Below, in pieces: positions 35,702 through 47,082 of a stretch of DNA of 50,020 nt. The DNA comes from Nemertoderma westbladi (taxonomy: Eukaryota > Animalia > Xenacoelomorpha). The position numbers and the translations under genes were made by a program. The notes under the pieces were generated by a model. That model was not told where the DNA came from. It saw nothing but the letters and a program-made list of their open reading frames with translations, and searched no databases. Numbering within the stretch: the first letter of the stretch is position 1; the number at the start of each line of letters is the position of its first letter. Where the stretch lies: positions 1 through 50,020 of the forward strand of contig JAUCBJ010002554.1 of the NCBI GenBank assembly GCA_032718475.1, written 5' to 3'.

Positions 35702-37994
35702 TATACATCTATATCAATAAAATTCTTCCCTTTGTACCTGTAATAACTGCTACCCTATAATAATTTTGTGTTGATCCCATCCTCGGAAATATACCAGAAA
35801 ATATACCATACATAAGTACTCATTTGAGTTGTTTTTCACTCTTCTAGGTCTAATAACGTAGCAAGCATTCGAATATTAGAGCAGCATGGAAACCTATAGC
35901 TTAGTTAAAGGTAAAGTATAGGTGTTTGTTACGAAACTTAAACCGATTTTGAAGAAATTGAGGAAAGCGTAGCACCGAAAAAAGATACCATGGCGTTGCC
36001 TTCTAACCGGTCAGTCGCAACATTGCGGAAAAAAATAACTGGTGGAAAAATAAAAGAAATTGTCCGGGAAAAAAATGTTTTGGTTTTAAACAATCGAATA
36101 TGGGATAAAACGTAATAGTAAAGTTTCTTCGACCGTTAGGCCAGCGCCCTAGCTGGTCCCTTTAATTTAGGGCATTCGTGCCGAAACAAATTGTATATAA
36201 CGTTTGGAGCCATAGAGCAACGGATTAAACCACTACGCCAAGGTGCGCAGAATTAAAATGAGGGATATCATGCTGCCTTGCGGAGAGGTTGTCATTGGTT
36301 TTCCCAAACAACCACACAATGTTACATTTTTAATATAGGCCAGACAACAATGTGATAGACCCTGTGTTCCTTAAAACAGACTAAACTTAAAAGCATATTA
36401 ATTCTATGACAGTCTGCCGATTTCTTGACATTATAAATATGCGTCAGATCTCCAAACTCGAATTCAATCGGAAAACTAATATACAGATTATAATCTACCA
36501 TTACCTGCCCAATAGAGTTGTTGAGAGAACAACTACATGCCATTACTCGTCATCCATCATCGGCAATAATTCTTACTTAATGATTGTGCAATGGGACATT
36601 GTATAATCAATGATTAATTAAAAAGATAACCGAGTCGTCATGTCATGTGTCATGCAAATGGGAATTCATAGAAAATCATTAACGATCGCAGAGTTAATCA
36701 ACTGAGGTTCATTTAATTATGTATACCCATCGCAGACAGTAACTGTAGCTATTGGAATTTTAATTGCAAGTTTGTTGACCTGTTTGCATTGTGATAAAAT
36801 CAGTTTAATGCAGAGCTGGATGTTTCTTAGTTAACAACCATTGCAATTATATGAACTTTGACCACAGAATCAAGACAAACAAAATAATACATAAAAATTG
36901 GAATAATTGATAATCCGATTAAAGTAACTTAGTAGTTAGTTATACATCTCAAATAAATAAATTGACATTGAAAAGCCTACATACAGTTTGAAAAACAATA
37001 GTTCTCCAAAAAGTCAATATCGGGTCGTATAGTTTCTATTGTGTGAAACTGGAGTGAATATGTTCGAAATTTAGATACGTTTTGTGACAAGCCCGTGTCA
37101 ACATTCAATTAATAGATATAATACATTGTTGTTTGGTTGTTGATGCCCGCTTTCAACTTTCTAGTAAGATAGGACACATGACTAGTGCATTTTGAAAGTT
37201 TTATGTTGAAAGTTAACTGTTTATGTGTGAGCATCTTCTTAGGCAACAAGGCGTTCTATCTGTTAATTGAAAGTTGAAAGCTCATGTTCATACTTTTGAG
37301 TCAGCAGCGGTATATCGAGGTGAGATTAAAGCTGATACAATTGTCATTTAATAATTTCTCGATATTAAGGTTTTGTTTGTATTGCTATGTTTATGGAGAT
37401 GACACTCATTACAATCCGGAGCTAATAATGTCACTGCTAATCTTGCTTGTCTTTGCTAATACCAGCTGAGCTCACATAGAGCTCAGCCTTTCACTTGATA
37501 CATTGTCTTTGAAGAAATTCTTCAAATATTTCCCGTTGTCGGCAGTGGTTGTCGACTGTCGTTTACACCTGTAAAAAAGGCAAATTTGGCCTCAGTATTT
37601 TGCTAGCGGTTTGTTTAGTCTGTGTAAATCTGAAGCTATTAGCTTCTGGGGTCTATTGAAATAAGCTGTATCACAATTGGCCATTTTTTAATCTTTTACC
37701 AGCCTATGGCGTGGATGATCTTGTATAAAATCGCTCACTCTATAATCAACTCTAACTGTTAAGTCTGTAGTCTTTGCCTGACAGGGATGGGCGGGGGGGT
37801 CCTCTTTCATCATCGAATGTGTGTAGGATGTGCAACAGGAAACTGAGAAAATGTGACTTCCTCTATTTAAATGTAATTTCTTGTCTCCATGACATCCATC
37901 TTGTCTCCATACACGAACAGCACACATATCAGTAGCATCTCTCGCTATAGTTGGCCTGTTGCATTGCAGCAGCACGTTGAGATGTTATGATGGC

Positions 37995-38300
37995 TTAACA
38001 AAAAAATTTGCGCCACCACCATGCAATCTTCAATTGACTTGCCGTAATGCAGCGTGCATTAAGAAAAATATGCCGGTTTGTCGACAAAATTGCACCGCCA
38101 CAACTCTCTATCCCCCATAACTTTCATGAGGATTATCCGCATCTTTAAGGCCTGTGTCATTTAAGATGCGTCTTAAGGAAAGTCATGGGCTGTCCACCAT
38201 GCTTATTTTCTCTATGAGGCTGCCAAAGCATTCTACGCAGGCTGGTCTACAAGGCGAAAGCAATGTCCTCAGAAGCGGAACGGCTTTCTCCAAGTCTCAA
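37995..38300 (-). mobile_element. 3'-end fragment of the same RTE family
   Basis: Matches 26660-26900 (gtcgacaaaattgc.ccgccacaactc, aagtcatgggctgtccacc, atgaggctgccaaagca, ggcgaaagcaatgtcct). Confidence 0.8.
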
Positions 38301-39096
38301 GATTGCGGGGACCGATGGGACACCTCCATTTTTACTATGTGTTCTCATTAATTAAAAATTAAAAACACTAAATTAGAAAGTGGTAAGATCTAATGAAATG
38401 TAAAATAAATAACCTACGGTATGTAGACCGACTGTAGTTCTAAATGTCCCCATCTCACACTACACATCCCTCTCATTCTTCCACACCATTATTGTGCCTT
38501 TCTCACCGTAATCATGCTCTCCTCATGCTGATGTTCACTGTCTCCATTTCATTGCGTGTGATGCACCTTAGCCCACATGTTGGAGTCTGTCTAGGAGACA
38601 ATGAGTCTGCACTCTTACACTCGTAACTGACCGCCTTATCTGCCCACCTACCTTCCCTAAATCTGCAGTAGTAGTGCTTCTCCCCATGGACAATGCCTGA
38701 CTTTCTACCATTGATTGAGCTATAATCTGCACTGGGCTATGTAGGTCTTCCAAGCCCTCCCAAAAAGCCCCCACCACTCTTTTACCTCTGCAAACTGCCC
38801 TTGTTTAATCTCCGCGGGACCAACCTCCACTTGTGGGGTCTTTACATACTGTCTGTCAACTTCTCTTGCTTTCTCTGCTATTCTCCCTGTAGTAGTTTTT
38901 GACCTCCTGTCTGTAGCCCTGTTTGTAGCACCGGGTAGTCCGGGTATTGTCTACCTATTTTCTTCCTATTAGGCCTTCCTGTGGCATTAAGTGGCCGAAT
39001 AGACCAAAAACCTCACATGTCACAGGTACCTTGCTCCAAACGCAGAGTCTGTTTATTTCCCTCAAAATCAGCTCCATGAGAAAATAATTTAATTTT

Positions 39097-39195
39097 GTGT
39101 GGTCCATAACACGTGTTGTCCATACCACGTGTGGTCCATACCACGTGTGCTCCATACCACATGTGGTCCAGACCACGTGTGGTCCATACCACACC
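39097..39195. repeat. 16-bp tandem repeat (gtggtccataccacgt) about x6
   Basis: Read directly. Confidence 0.85.
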
Positions 39196-40051
39196 AAAAA
39201 ACTCCATCTATGTAGCTGAGTATCTCGATTCGGTTGTTGTGATTGTTATAGAACCATAACTGCAGTCTTGCAGGGGCTTGAGCTGCATTGGTGTTTAACA
39301 ATAGTGGAACTTTGTGGATATAGCTACTAAGTACTCTCAGAGACATAAAGATGTATATGATTTATTTGAACTCTTTTTATTTGGCTGTGAAAGCCATAAG
39401 GTGAGATTTATAATAAGTTTTACGGCGGGCATGGCACCACGTCAACATTCATGGCTTGAAACTGATGGATAAGGATAAGGCCACTACTACTGTCACGGAA
39501 GATGGCCTGTCCACATCTGTACTCGATTTGGGTGTCAGAAAGTTTCTGAGTGTATTTGCTAGGAGGTATAATTTACTGTAATATTTAAATATTATATTAG
39601 CCCATTAATGTTACTATTATTTATCCGATTATGTTATGTTGTTGTGGAATGCCTGAAGTAAAATGCCCAAGTTCCTGAAACAACCTGATCTTTTCAATGT
39701 TTCAAAATTGCCTTTCATAATCGTTATATTATCGATTATTAAATAAATTGCTCTCTGTATTGATTTCTCTCTGTATTGAAAATTGTTCTTTGTTACCTCC
39801 TTCAATTACCTAACTGATTTCTATTTTGTGTTTTAGGTGATAAGAAGTAGGCCCTATCTATATATAGTATTCTGGTATGTTTAATTATTTTAAAAAAATG
39901 CTTCAAATTTTAAATTGAGAGTAAATTGCACCGGGCAAACTGGCAATATTAAGGGTTTTGAATCCAACAATTCAAATTGAATGTTATTATATAGATAATG
40001 GTTATAGTACAATAATCAATTAAGTAAATAGGTCGGGATGTACTCAACTCT

Positions 40052-41124
40052 CGCGCTGGTAGGCAGGGCAGGGGTTCGGGCTGGTAGGCAGGGGTTCGCG
40101 CTGGTAGGCAGGGCAGGGGTTCGGGCTGGTAGGCAGGGCAGGGGTTCGGGCTGGTAGGCAGGGCAGGGGTTCGGGCTGGAAGGCAGGGCAGGGGTTCGGG
40201 CTGGTAGGCAGGGCAGGGGTTCGGGCTGGTAGGCAGGGGTTCTCGCTGGTAGGCAGGGCAGGGCTTCGCGCTGGTAGGCAGGGCAGGGGTTCGGGCTGGT
40301 AGGCAGGGCAGGGGTTCGGGCTGGTAGGCAGGGCAGGGCTTCGCGCTGGTAGGCAGGGCAGGGGTTCGGGCTGGTAGGCAGGGCAGGGGTTCGGGCTGGT
40401 AGGCAGGGCAGGGGTTCGGGCTGGTAGGCAGGGCATGGGTTCGGGCTGGTAGGCAGGGCAGGGGTTCGGGCTGGTAGGCAGGGCAGGGGTTCGGGCTGGT
40501 AGGCAGGGCAGGGGTTCGGGCTGGTAGGCAGGGCAGGGGTTCGCGCTGGTAGGCAGGGCCTAGGGGTTCTCGTTGGTAGGCAGGGCAGGGGTTCGGGCTG
40601 GTAGGCAGGGCCTAGGGGTTCTCGTTGGTAGGCAGGGCAGGGGTTCGCGCTGGTAGGCAGGGCAGGGGCTCGCGTTGGTAGGTAGGGCAGGGGTTCGGGC
40701 TGGTAGGCAGGGGTTCTCGCTGGTAGGCAGGGCAGGGCTTTGCGCTGGTAGGCAGGGCAGGGGTTCGGGCTGGTAGGCAGGGCAGGGGTTCGGGCTGGTA
40801 GGCAGGGCAGGGGTTCGGGCTGGTAGGCAGGGCATGGGTTCGGGCTGGTAGGCAGGGCAGGGGTTCGGGCTGGTAGGCAGGGCAGGGGTTCGGGCTGGTA
40901 GGCAGGGCAGGGGTTCGGGCTGGTAGGCAGGGCAGGGGTTCGCGCTGGTAGGCAGGGCCTAGGGGTTCTCGTTGGTAGGCAGGGCAGGGGTTCGGGCTGG
41001 TAGGCAGGGCCTAGGGGTTCTCGTTGGTAGGCAGGGCAGGGGTTCGCGCTGGTAGGCAGGGCAGGGGCTCGCGTTGGTAGGTAGGGCAGGGGTTCGCGCT
41101 GGTAGGCAGGGCAGGGGTTAATCA
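40052..41124. repeat. G-rich 25-bp minisatellite (ctggtaggcagggcaggggttcggg) about x43
   Basis: Read directly. Flanked by the 10-bp direct repeat actcaactct (40042-40051, 41125-41134). Confidence 0.95.
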
Positions 41125-41602
41125 ACTCAACTCTAGGGAGGAGTTCCCGGCTTTAGTCTGGGGTTCCGGCTTCAATATGAGGCCGAACCAGTTGCAATAT
41201 CGTAAATATCGAAATCATTGTATTATATATATTTGTAATTTATCCGTGATTATATTGCCAAGTTTGCCCAGCTTGATTTACGTAGAAATTATTGGCATTA
41301 GTATGGTCGGTCATCTTACCCTTGCAACTAGTATTTCTGCAAAAATGTATAACTATCTGGGCGAGCTTAGCTCCATTCACTTGTAGTGAATACGATAATA
41401 TCTTAATAAAAAATAATACAATTAGGAAACAATTAAAAATAAACGATTGCTCAACTTTTGCCATATAATTTACATCCATATTTATTTTAGGCACTGCGGT
41501 TAGAAGAATTAACTTTAATTTATCCCTCTTAATTTGTTTAAAGACTAAACTTATTTAAAGTGCAACTACGTTTCGATTTCAAATTTCCACTGACTCCTGA
41601 CC

Positions 41603-42541
41603 ATGTCTCATAAAATATTCGTGTTATTGTTTATTGGAGCATTATTGCTAATACATGTTACTAATGGACAGAGCACTGTACCAACAACTTCAACTATACC
41701 ACCAGCTTCCACCCCAGTTCCCACCCAAACTACTGACACAACTTCCCCAAAAATAGACACAACAACGGTATCCACAACAGTATCCTCAATAACACCAACT
41801 ACTCACATTCCCCCTGTCACTACACCTTTGCCCACCCAGAAACCAGGTCCACCAAATCAACGATCATACTCTGTGAATGGAACTGATGATAAACCGTGCC
41901 TATTAGTTGACATCGCTGTCCAGTTTCAATTCAACTACACCGACAAAGACAACAACACACACGAAGTCACATTCAACCTTCCCAATAATACACAAGTGGA
42001 TCAAATAGGCTCACATTGCTATGACAACACAACCAAAACAGCTGTAATTGACATGGTATTCCGCACTGATTGGGTTCTCATGCTGACATTCAGAAATCTG
42101 AATTCTTCTTCACTGAAAGATACCGGTACCATGGCCACCGGTAAGGAAATGTTTGGTATGACTAATATACGGTTCGCATATAATTCCGGTGATCAGAAAG
42201 TTTTTCCAGGTACCCAAGATACCGGTATAAAAATAGCTCAACTGGAAACTAATGAAACTTTCTTCAGCGCAACTGTTGGGAAGTCTTACCTTTGTAATTC
42301 GCCGGCTCTGATTCCGCTCTCAGGAGGTGTAACAGTTGATGTACAAAAGATCCACCTACAACCAATGGGATTGAAGAATGGAGTATTTTCTGATGCTGAG
42401 GATTGCAAGGCTGACACTGATGGTAATTATATAGTGCCCATAGCTGTAGGCTGTGCATTGGCGGCCCTGGTAGTCATTGTTCTTGTGGCCTACCTCATCG
42501 GTCGAGCTAGACAGAAGAAACGTGGTTATGAGCAGGTTTAA
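41603..42541 (+). CDS. LAMP: Lysosome-associated membrane glycoprotein (single LAMP domain with N-terminal mucin-like segment), intronless CDS
   Basis: Signal peptide, T/P-rich stalk, four LAMP cysteines (PCLL, SHCY, SYLCNS, EDCKAD), TM IVPIAVGCALAALVVIVLVAYLIG, tail RARQKKRGYEQV (GYxxPhi). Confidence 0.95.
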   Translation: MSHKIFVLLFIGALLLIHVTNGQSTVPTTSTIPPASTPVPTQTTDTTSPKIDTTTVSTTVSSITPTTHIPPVTTPLPTQKPGPPNQRSYSVNGTDDKPCLLVDIAVQFQFNYTDKDNNTHEVTFNLPNNTQVDQIGSHCYDNTTKTAVIDMVFRTDWVLMLTFRNLNSSSLKDTGTMATGKEMFGMTNIRFAYNSGDQKVFPGTQDTGIKIAQLETNETFFSATVGKSYLCNSPALIPLSGGVTVDVQKIHLQPMGLKNGVFSDAEDCKADTDGNYIVPIAVGCALAALVVIVLVAYLIGRARQKKRGYEQV

Positions 42542-42939
42542 ATCAATTTGTTTATCCAACTAAATAATTATATATACTATAAAACTATCAATTTGTATTG
42601 CTCGAGAATCCATTACTAATATTAAGCGATACAGCATTAATCAAGTTACATGATTCTTTGATGCATGCACTTTGTCGAAGATAGTTACTTCGGTTTTTTA
42701 TATAGTAATTCAGGAATAAATTTTTCACTTGTTTATTTAAATAAATCGTTGAGTATTTGGAACGGTAATTCATATTATTATACATGTATAACAATATAGT
42801 ACAATAAAGTGTATCTTTATACTACACATTTCCACGCCAACCTGAGACATTGATCATATTATCACAATCATAAAAGACTTACGGTATGGAATGTTTGTCG
42901 TATCGTCCATTCATCCATCCAGGTGTGATTAGTTAATGG

Positions 42940-43372
42940 TGGGGTTGGTGTGCCAATAGTCTGGTAGGCTGCCCAAGTGCACAATAATGGCTGAGTTGGT
43001 GTGCTAATAGTCTGGTAGGCTGCCCAAGTGCCCAATAATGGTTGGTTGGTGTGCTAATAATCTGGTAGGCTGCCTAAGTGCCCAATAATGGCTGAGTTGG
43101 TGTGCTAACAGTCTGGTAGGCTGCCCAAGTGCCCAATAATGGTTGGTTGGTGTGCTAATAATCTGGTAGGCTGCCCAAGTGCCCAATAATGGCTGAGTAG
43201 GTGTGCTCATAGACTGGTAGGCTGCCCAATAATGGCTGAGTAGGTGTGCTCATAGTCTGGTAGGCTGCCCAATAAATGCTAAGTTGGTGTGCTAATAGTC
43301 TGGTAGATTGCCCAATAATGGCGAAGTTGGTGTGCTAATAGTCTGGTAAGCTGCCCAATAATGGCTGAGTTG
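42940..43372. repeat. 51-bp (and 42-bp variant) minisatellite (ctggtaggctgcccaagtgcccaataatggctgagttggtgtgctaatagt)
   Basis: Read directly, about 9 units. Confidence 0.9.
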
Positions 43373-44230
43373 AAATGCTGGTGGTTGGTTGTGTATTAGG
43401 CACCGCGTACGGAAATCTGCAATTCAAGCTAGTTACAGCTTGTTAGGTCTGCCCACCCAGCCTATTCCCAGCCAGAGCACAATCTTGAATATTGTTCCAT
43501 AGCAGCAATGAAGAGATCCAAAGAAATAAAGTCCATCAAAGAAATAAAGTCCATCATGATGAAACTTCTAATGGGTATATTTATTGAGAATGTTATTGAT
43601 AGGTTTCATGAATTGTTGAGCCAGATATGTGTTGGGGTATTCTAGTTGTGAGTGGTTTGTTTACCTATGTGTTGCGTGATTTATGTATGTATCAGCTGAA
43701 TTCATCTCACCCTTACCCTGTCCCATTAGCCAATCATTAGTAAACATGAATTAATTAATAAACTATTTTAATTCATATTCTACTGTATCATTAATTTGAA
43801 ATCTGTTCTCCCGTTGCAAATATTAAATAATTTAATTATATTTATGTTTATAACCTGTATGATGAATGCCATGGTTGATTTTTTCGGCTTCAGTGCCCTT
43901 ATTTAATTTGTATATGTTTTTTTAAGTTATTTATGCCTATTAACTACAATATTAAGGATAGGTTGTTACGTAAGAGTGTATCGCGTAGTATTTAATCTGT
44001 ATTAATTACTTCAATATTTAAAATCAGTTCATATTTAACTGCAATGATTTTAAATTGAAAAGTATTAAACAAAGAAACAAGTTCATGTTCCTACATTAAT
44101 TTAGTCGAATACATAAATATATTATTATAATATACAGGTTTATGTGACTGCTTGTATTATTCCATTGTGATACAATAATGTATTGTATTTATAATGCCAT
44201 TAATTTTTTAATATAATCGATTAGTTGAGT

Positions 44231-44612
44231 TCGGGATAAATCGGGATAAATCGGGATAAATCGGGATAAATCGGGATAAATCGGGATAAATCGGGATAAA
44301 TCGGGATAAATCGGGATAAATCGGGATAAATCGGGATAAATCGGGATAAATCGGGATAAATCGGGATAAATCGGGATAAATCGGGATAAATCGGGATAAA
44401 TCGGGATAAATCGGGATAAATCGGGATAAATCGGGATAAATCGGGATAAATCGGGATAAATCGGGATAAATCGGGATAAATCGGGATAAATCGGGATAAA
44501 TCGGGATAAATCGGGATAAATCGGGATAAATCGGGATAAATCGGGATAAATCGGGATAAATCGGGATAAATCGGGATAAATCGGGATAAATCGGGATAAA
44601 TCGGGATAAATC
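44231..44612. repeat. Perfect 10-bp tandem repeat (tcgggataaa) x38
   Basis: Read directly, no variant units. Confidence 0.97.
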
Positions 44613-45015
44613 AAACTATCTTATATTTCGCTCAAGAATGTATATTAATTTCTGACTCAGAGAATAATTCAGTAATAACAAATGGATAACGAACAATTAA
44701 ATAAAAAAAAAGAATTATAACTCCACAATTCATTGATATGCGACATAAAAAAGTATTTTTTCCGGTACATCAGCACAGCCTACTCACTCAACTCAATCGT
44801 ATTTGCCACGGTATGTACTATCAGTTTTAGTTATCATTATCAAACTGTTTGGCAGAAATATATAATTAATTATAAGTAAGTAAAAGTAATTATAATAATT
44901 ATTGCTGGAATCAATTACCTAGATATATTTTATATTGTCCCAGATATCCGTGTTATATTGTATTTTTGGTTATAATATCAAACTGATTATTCAAGGAAGA
45001 TAAACTGTTTTAACA

Positions 45016-47082
45016 ATGAATATTAAAATAAATTTGTTTACTCTGTTGGCGCTAATTTTAGTTGGTGTATCATTGGTCAACACGACTGACCCACCGGCCA
45101 CCAATCCACCAGCCACGGACCCACGGGCTACCGATCCACCAGCCACAGACCCACCGGCTACCAATCCACCAGTCACAGACCCACCGGCTCCCAATCCACC
45201 AGTCACAGACCCACCGGCAACCAATCCACCAGTCACAGACCCACCAGTTACCAATCCACCAGCTACGGACCCACCGGCTACCAATCCACCAGCCACAGAC
45301 CCACCAGCTACCAATCCACCAGCCACAGACCCACCTGCTACTAACCCGCCAGCCACAGACCCACCAGCAACCAATCCACCAGCCACATTCCCACCGGCTA
45401 CCAACCCACCAGCCACAGACCCACCAGCAACCAATCCACAAGCCACAGACCCACCTGCTACCAACCCGTCAGCAACAGATCCACCGGCTACCAACCCACC
45501 AGCCACAGACCCACTGGCTACCAATCCACCAGCCACAGAACCACCAGCAACGAATCCACCAGCCACAGAGCCACCAGCTACCAATCCACCAGCCACAGAC
45601 CTACCTGCTACTAACCCGCCAGCTACAGACCCACCGGCTACCAATCCACCAGTCACAGACCCACCGGTAACCAATTCACCAGTCACAGACCCACCAGCTA
45701 CCAATCCACCAGCCACAGACCCACCTGCTACCAACCCGCCAGCCACAAACCCACCGGCAACCAATCCACCAGCCACAGACCCACCGGCTACTAATCCACC
45801 AGCCACAGACCCACCAGCAACCAATCCACCAGCCACAGACCCACCGGCAACCAATCCACCAGCCACAGACCCTCCAGCTACAAACCCACCAGTCACAAAC
45901 CCACCAGCTACCAAGCCACCAGCCACAGATCCACCGGCTACCAACCCACCTGCCACAGACCCACCTGCTACCAATCCACCAGCCACAGATCCACCGGCTA
46001 CCAATCCACCAGCCACAGATCCACCGGCTACCAACCCACCTGCCACAGAACCACCGGCTACCAATCCACCAGCCACAGATCCACCGGCTACCAATCCACC
46101 AGCCACAGATCCACCGGCTACCAACCCACCTGCCACAGAACCACCGGCTACCAATCCACCAGCCACAGATCCACCGGCTACCAATCCACCAGCCACAGAT
46201 CCACCGGCTACCAACCCACCTGCCACAGACCCACCGGCTACCAATCCACCAGCCACAGATCCACCAGCAACGAATCCACCAGCCACAGAACCACCGGCTA
46301 CCAATCCACCAGCCACAGATCCACCAGCTACTGAACCAACAGTCACGGACCCACCAGCTGCCACTACTGCAGGTATACCAACATCGAAGACTTATGCAGT
46401 TGAAGATGCTGCTAACGTAACTTGCTTTACCGTTGATGTTGCCATACAATTTCAGTTCACATATCCCAACAAGGACCTTGTAACCTACAACACTGTTGCT
46501 ATCAACCTACCAACTGGTAATGAAAGCTACGTCAATCATTCTGATTCAACTTGTTATAATAATGAAACTCGAACCAGCTCAATCTCCATTGTGTTCCACA
46601 AAGATTGGGTCCTCAGATTGGTCTTCAGGAATAAAAATGCAACAGGCAGTGAATTCCTAGAATTCTTAGGGATTACTGAAAATAAAGATATCACTGGTCT
46701 GTATAGTATGTCGGTGCTCTACAATGCCTTTGACGAGGCCTACTTCCCAGAGACGAGCGACACAAAGCAGAAGAAGTCGATTCCAACATTCAAGACTTTA
46801 CGTGCATCTAGAGTCGGGAACTCTTTCATGTGTTATCCTCCCTGCCTAGTTAACCTTACAAGAAGTACCGTGGCTGATATCCAAGAACTAACGTTCCATG
46901 CTGTAGGAGTGCTTACGGATGTGGCTGCGGAAACCAAAGAAGGTGTTAACAAAGGGTCATTTGTTGTGCCAATAGCAGTGGGATGTGCTCTTGGGGCCAT
47001 GTTTGCTGTTATCGTTGTAGCTGCTGTTGGTAATATTCGTCGGAAGGTAATTCGTCGCCGCCGCGGTTATACAAAGCTTTAA
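45016..47082 (+). CDS. Divergent LAMP-family paralog with about 85 PPAT(D/N/E) mucin-like repeats, intronless CDS
   Basis: Signal peptide; repeats about 45085-46360; LAMP domain similar to the neighbour (VD.A.QFQF.Y, DWVL.L.FRN, VG.S..C); TM VVPIAVGCALGA; tail RRRRGYTKL. Confidence 0.9.
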   Translation: MNIKINLFTLLALILVGVSLVNTTDPPATNPPATDPRATDPPATDPPATNPPVTDPPAPNPPVTDPPATNPPVTDPPVTNPPATDPPATNPPATDPPATNPPATDPPATNPPATDPPATNPPATFPPATNPPATDPPATNPQATDPPATNPSATDPPATNPPATDPLATNPPATEPPATNPPATEPPATNPPATDLPATNPPATDPPATNPPVTDPPVTNSPVTDPPATNPPATDPPATNPPATNPPATNPPATDPPATNPPATDPPATNPPATDPPATNPPATDPPATNPPVTNPPATKPPATDPPATNPPATDPPATNPPATDPPATNPPATDPPATNPPATEPPATNPPATDPPATNPPATDPPATNPPATEPPATNPPATDPPATNPPATDPPATNPPATDPPATNPPATDPPATNPPATEPPATNPPATDPPATEPTVTDPPAATTAGIPTSKTYAVEDAANVTCFTVDVAIQFQFTYPNKDLVTYNTVAINLPTGNESYVNHSDSTCYNNETRTSSISIVFHKDWVLRLVFRNKNATGSEFLEFLGITENKDITGLYSMSVLYNAFDEAYFPETSDTKQKKSIPTFKTLRASRVGNSFMCYPPCLVNLTRSTVADIQELTFHAVGVLTDVAAETKEGVNKGSFVVPIAVGCALGAMFAVIVVAAVGNIRRKVIRRRRGYTKL

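Noticed and set aside
37250-37700. Possible hAT transposase remnant on minus strand (KNFFKDNVSSERLSSM)
   Set aside because: Only one short weak motif in broken frames; needs a profile search.
38440-38940. Possible decayed LINE ORF1/esterase on minus strand
   Set aside because: Coding-like composition but no motif I can anchor.
39097-39195. CACGTG repeats as CLEAR/TFEB sites for LAMP
   Set aside because: Context is CCACGTGT rather than TCACGTGA, it is 2.4 kb from the ATG, and it looks like a generic repeat.
40016-41125. 369-aa Pro/Cys-rich ORF
   Set aside because: Artefact of a stop-poor 25-bp minisatellite; the period is not a multiple of three.
44189-44614. IYPDLSRFIP repeat ORF
   Set aside because: Translation of the perfect 10-bp repeat.
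44991-46449. Antisense VAGGS/LVAGG ORF (457 aa) and WWIG-repeat ORFs
   Set aside because: Shadow frames of the PPAT repeat; only the + frame has a signal peptide, LAMP domain and TM.
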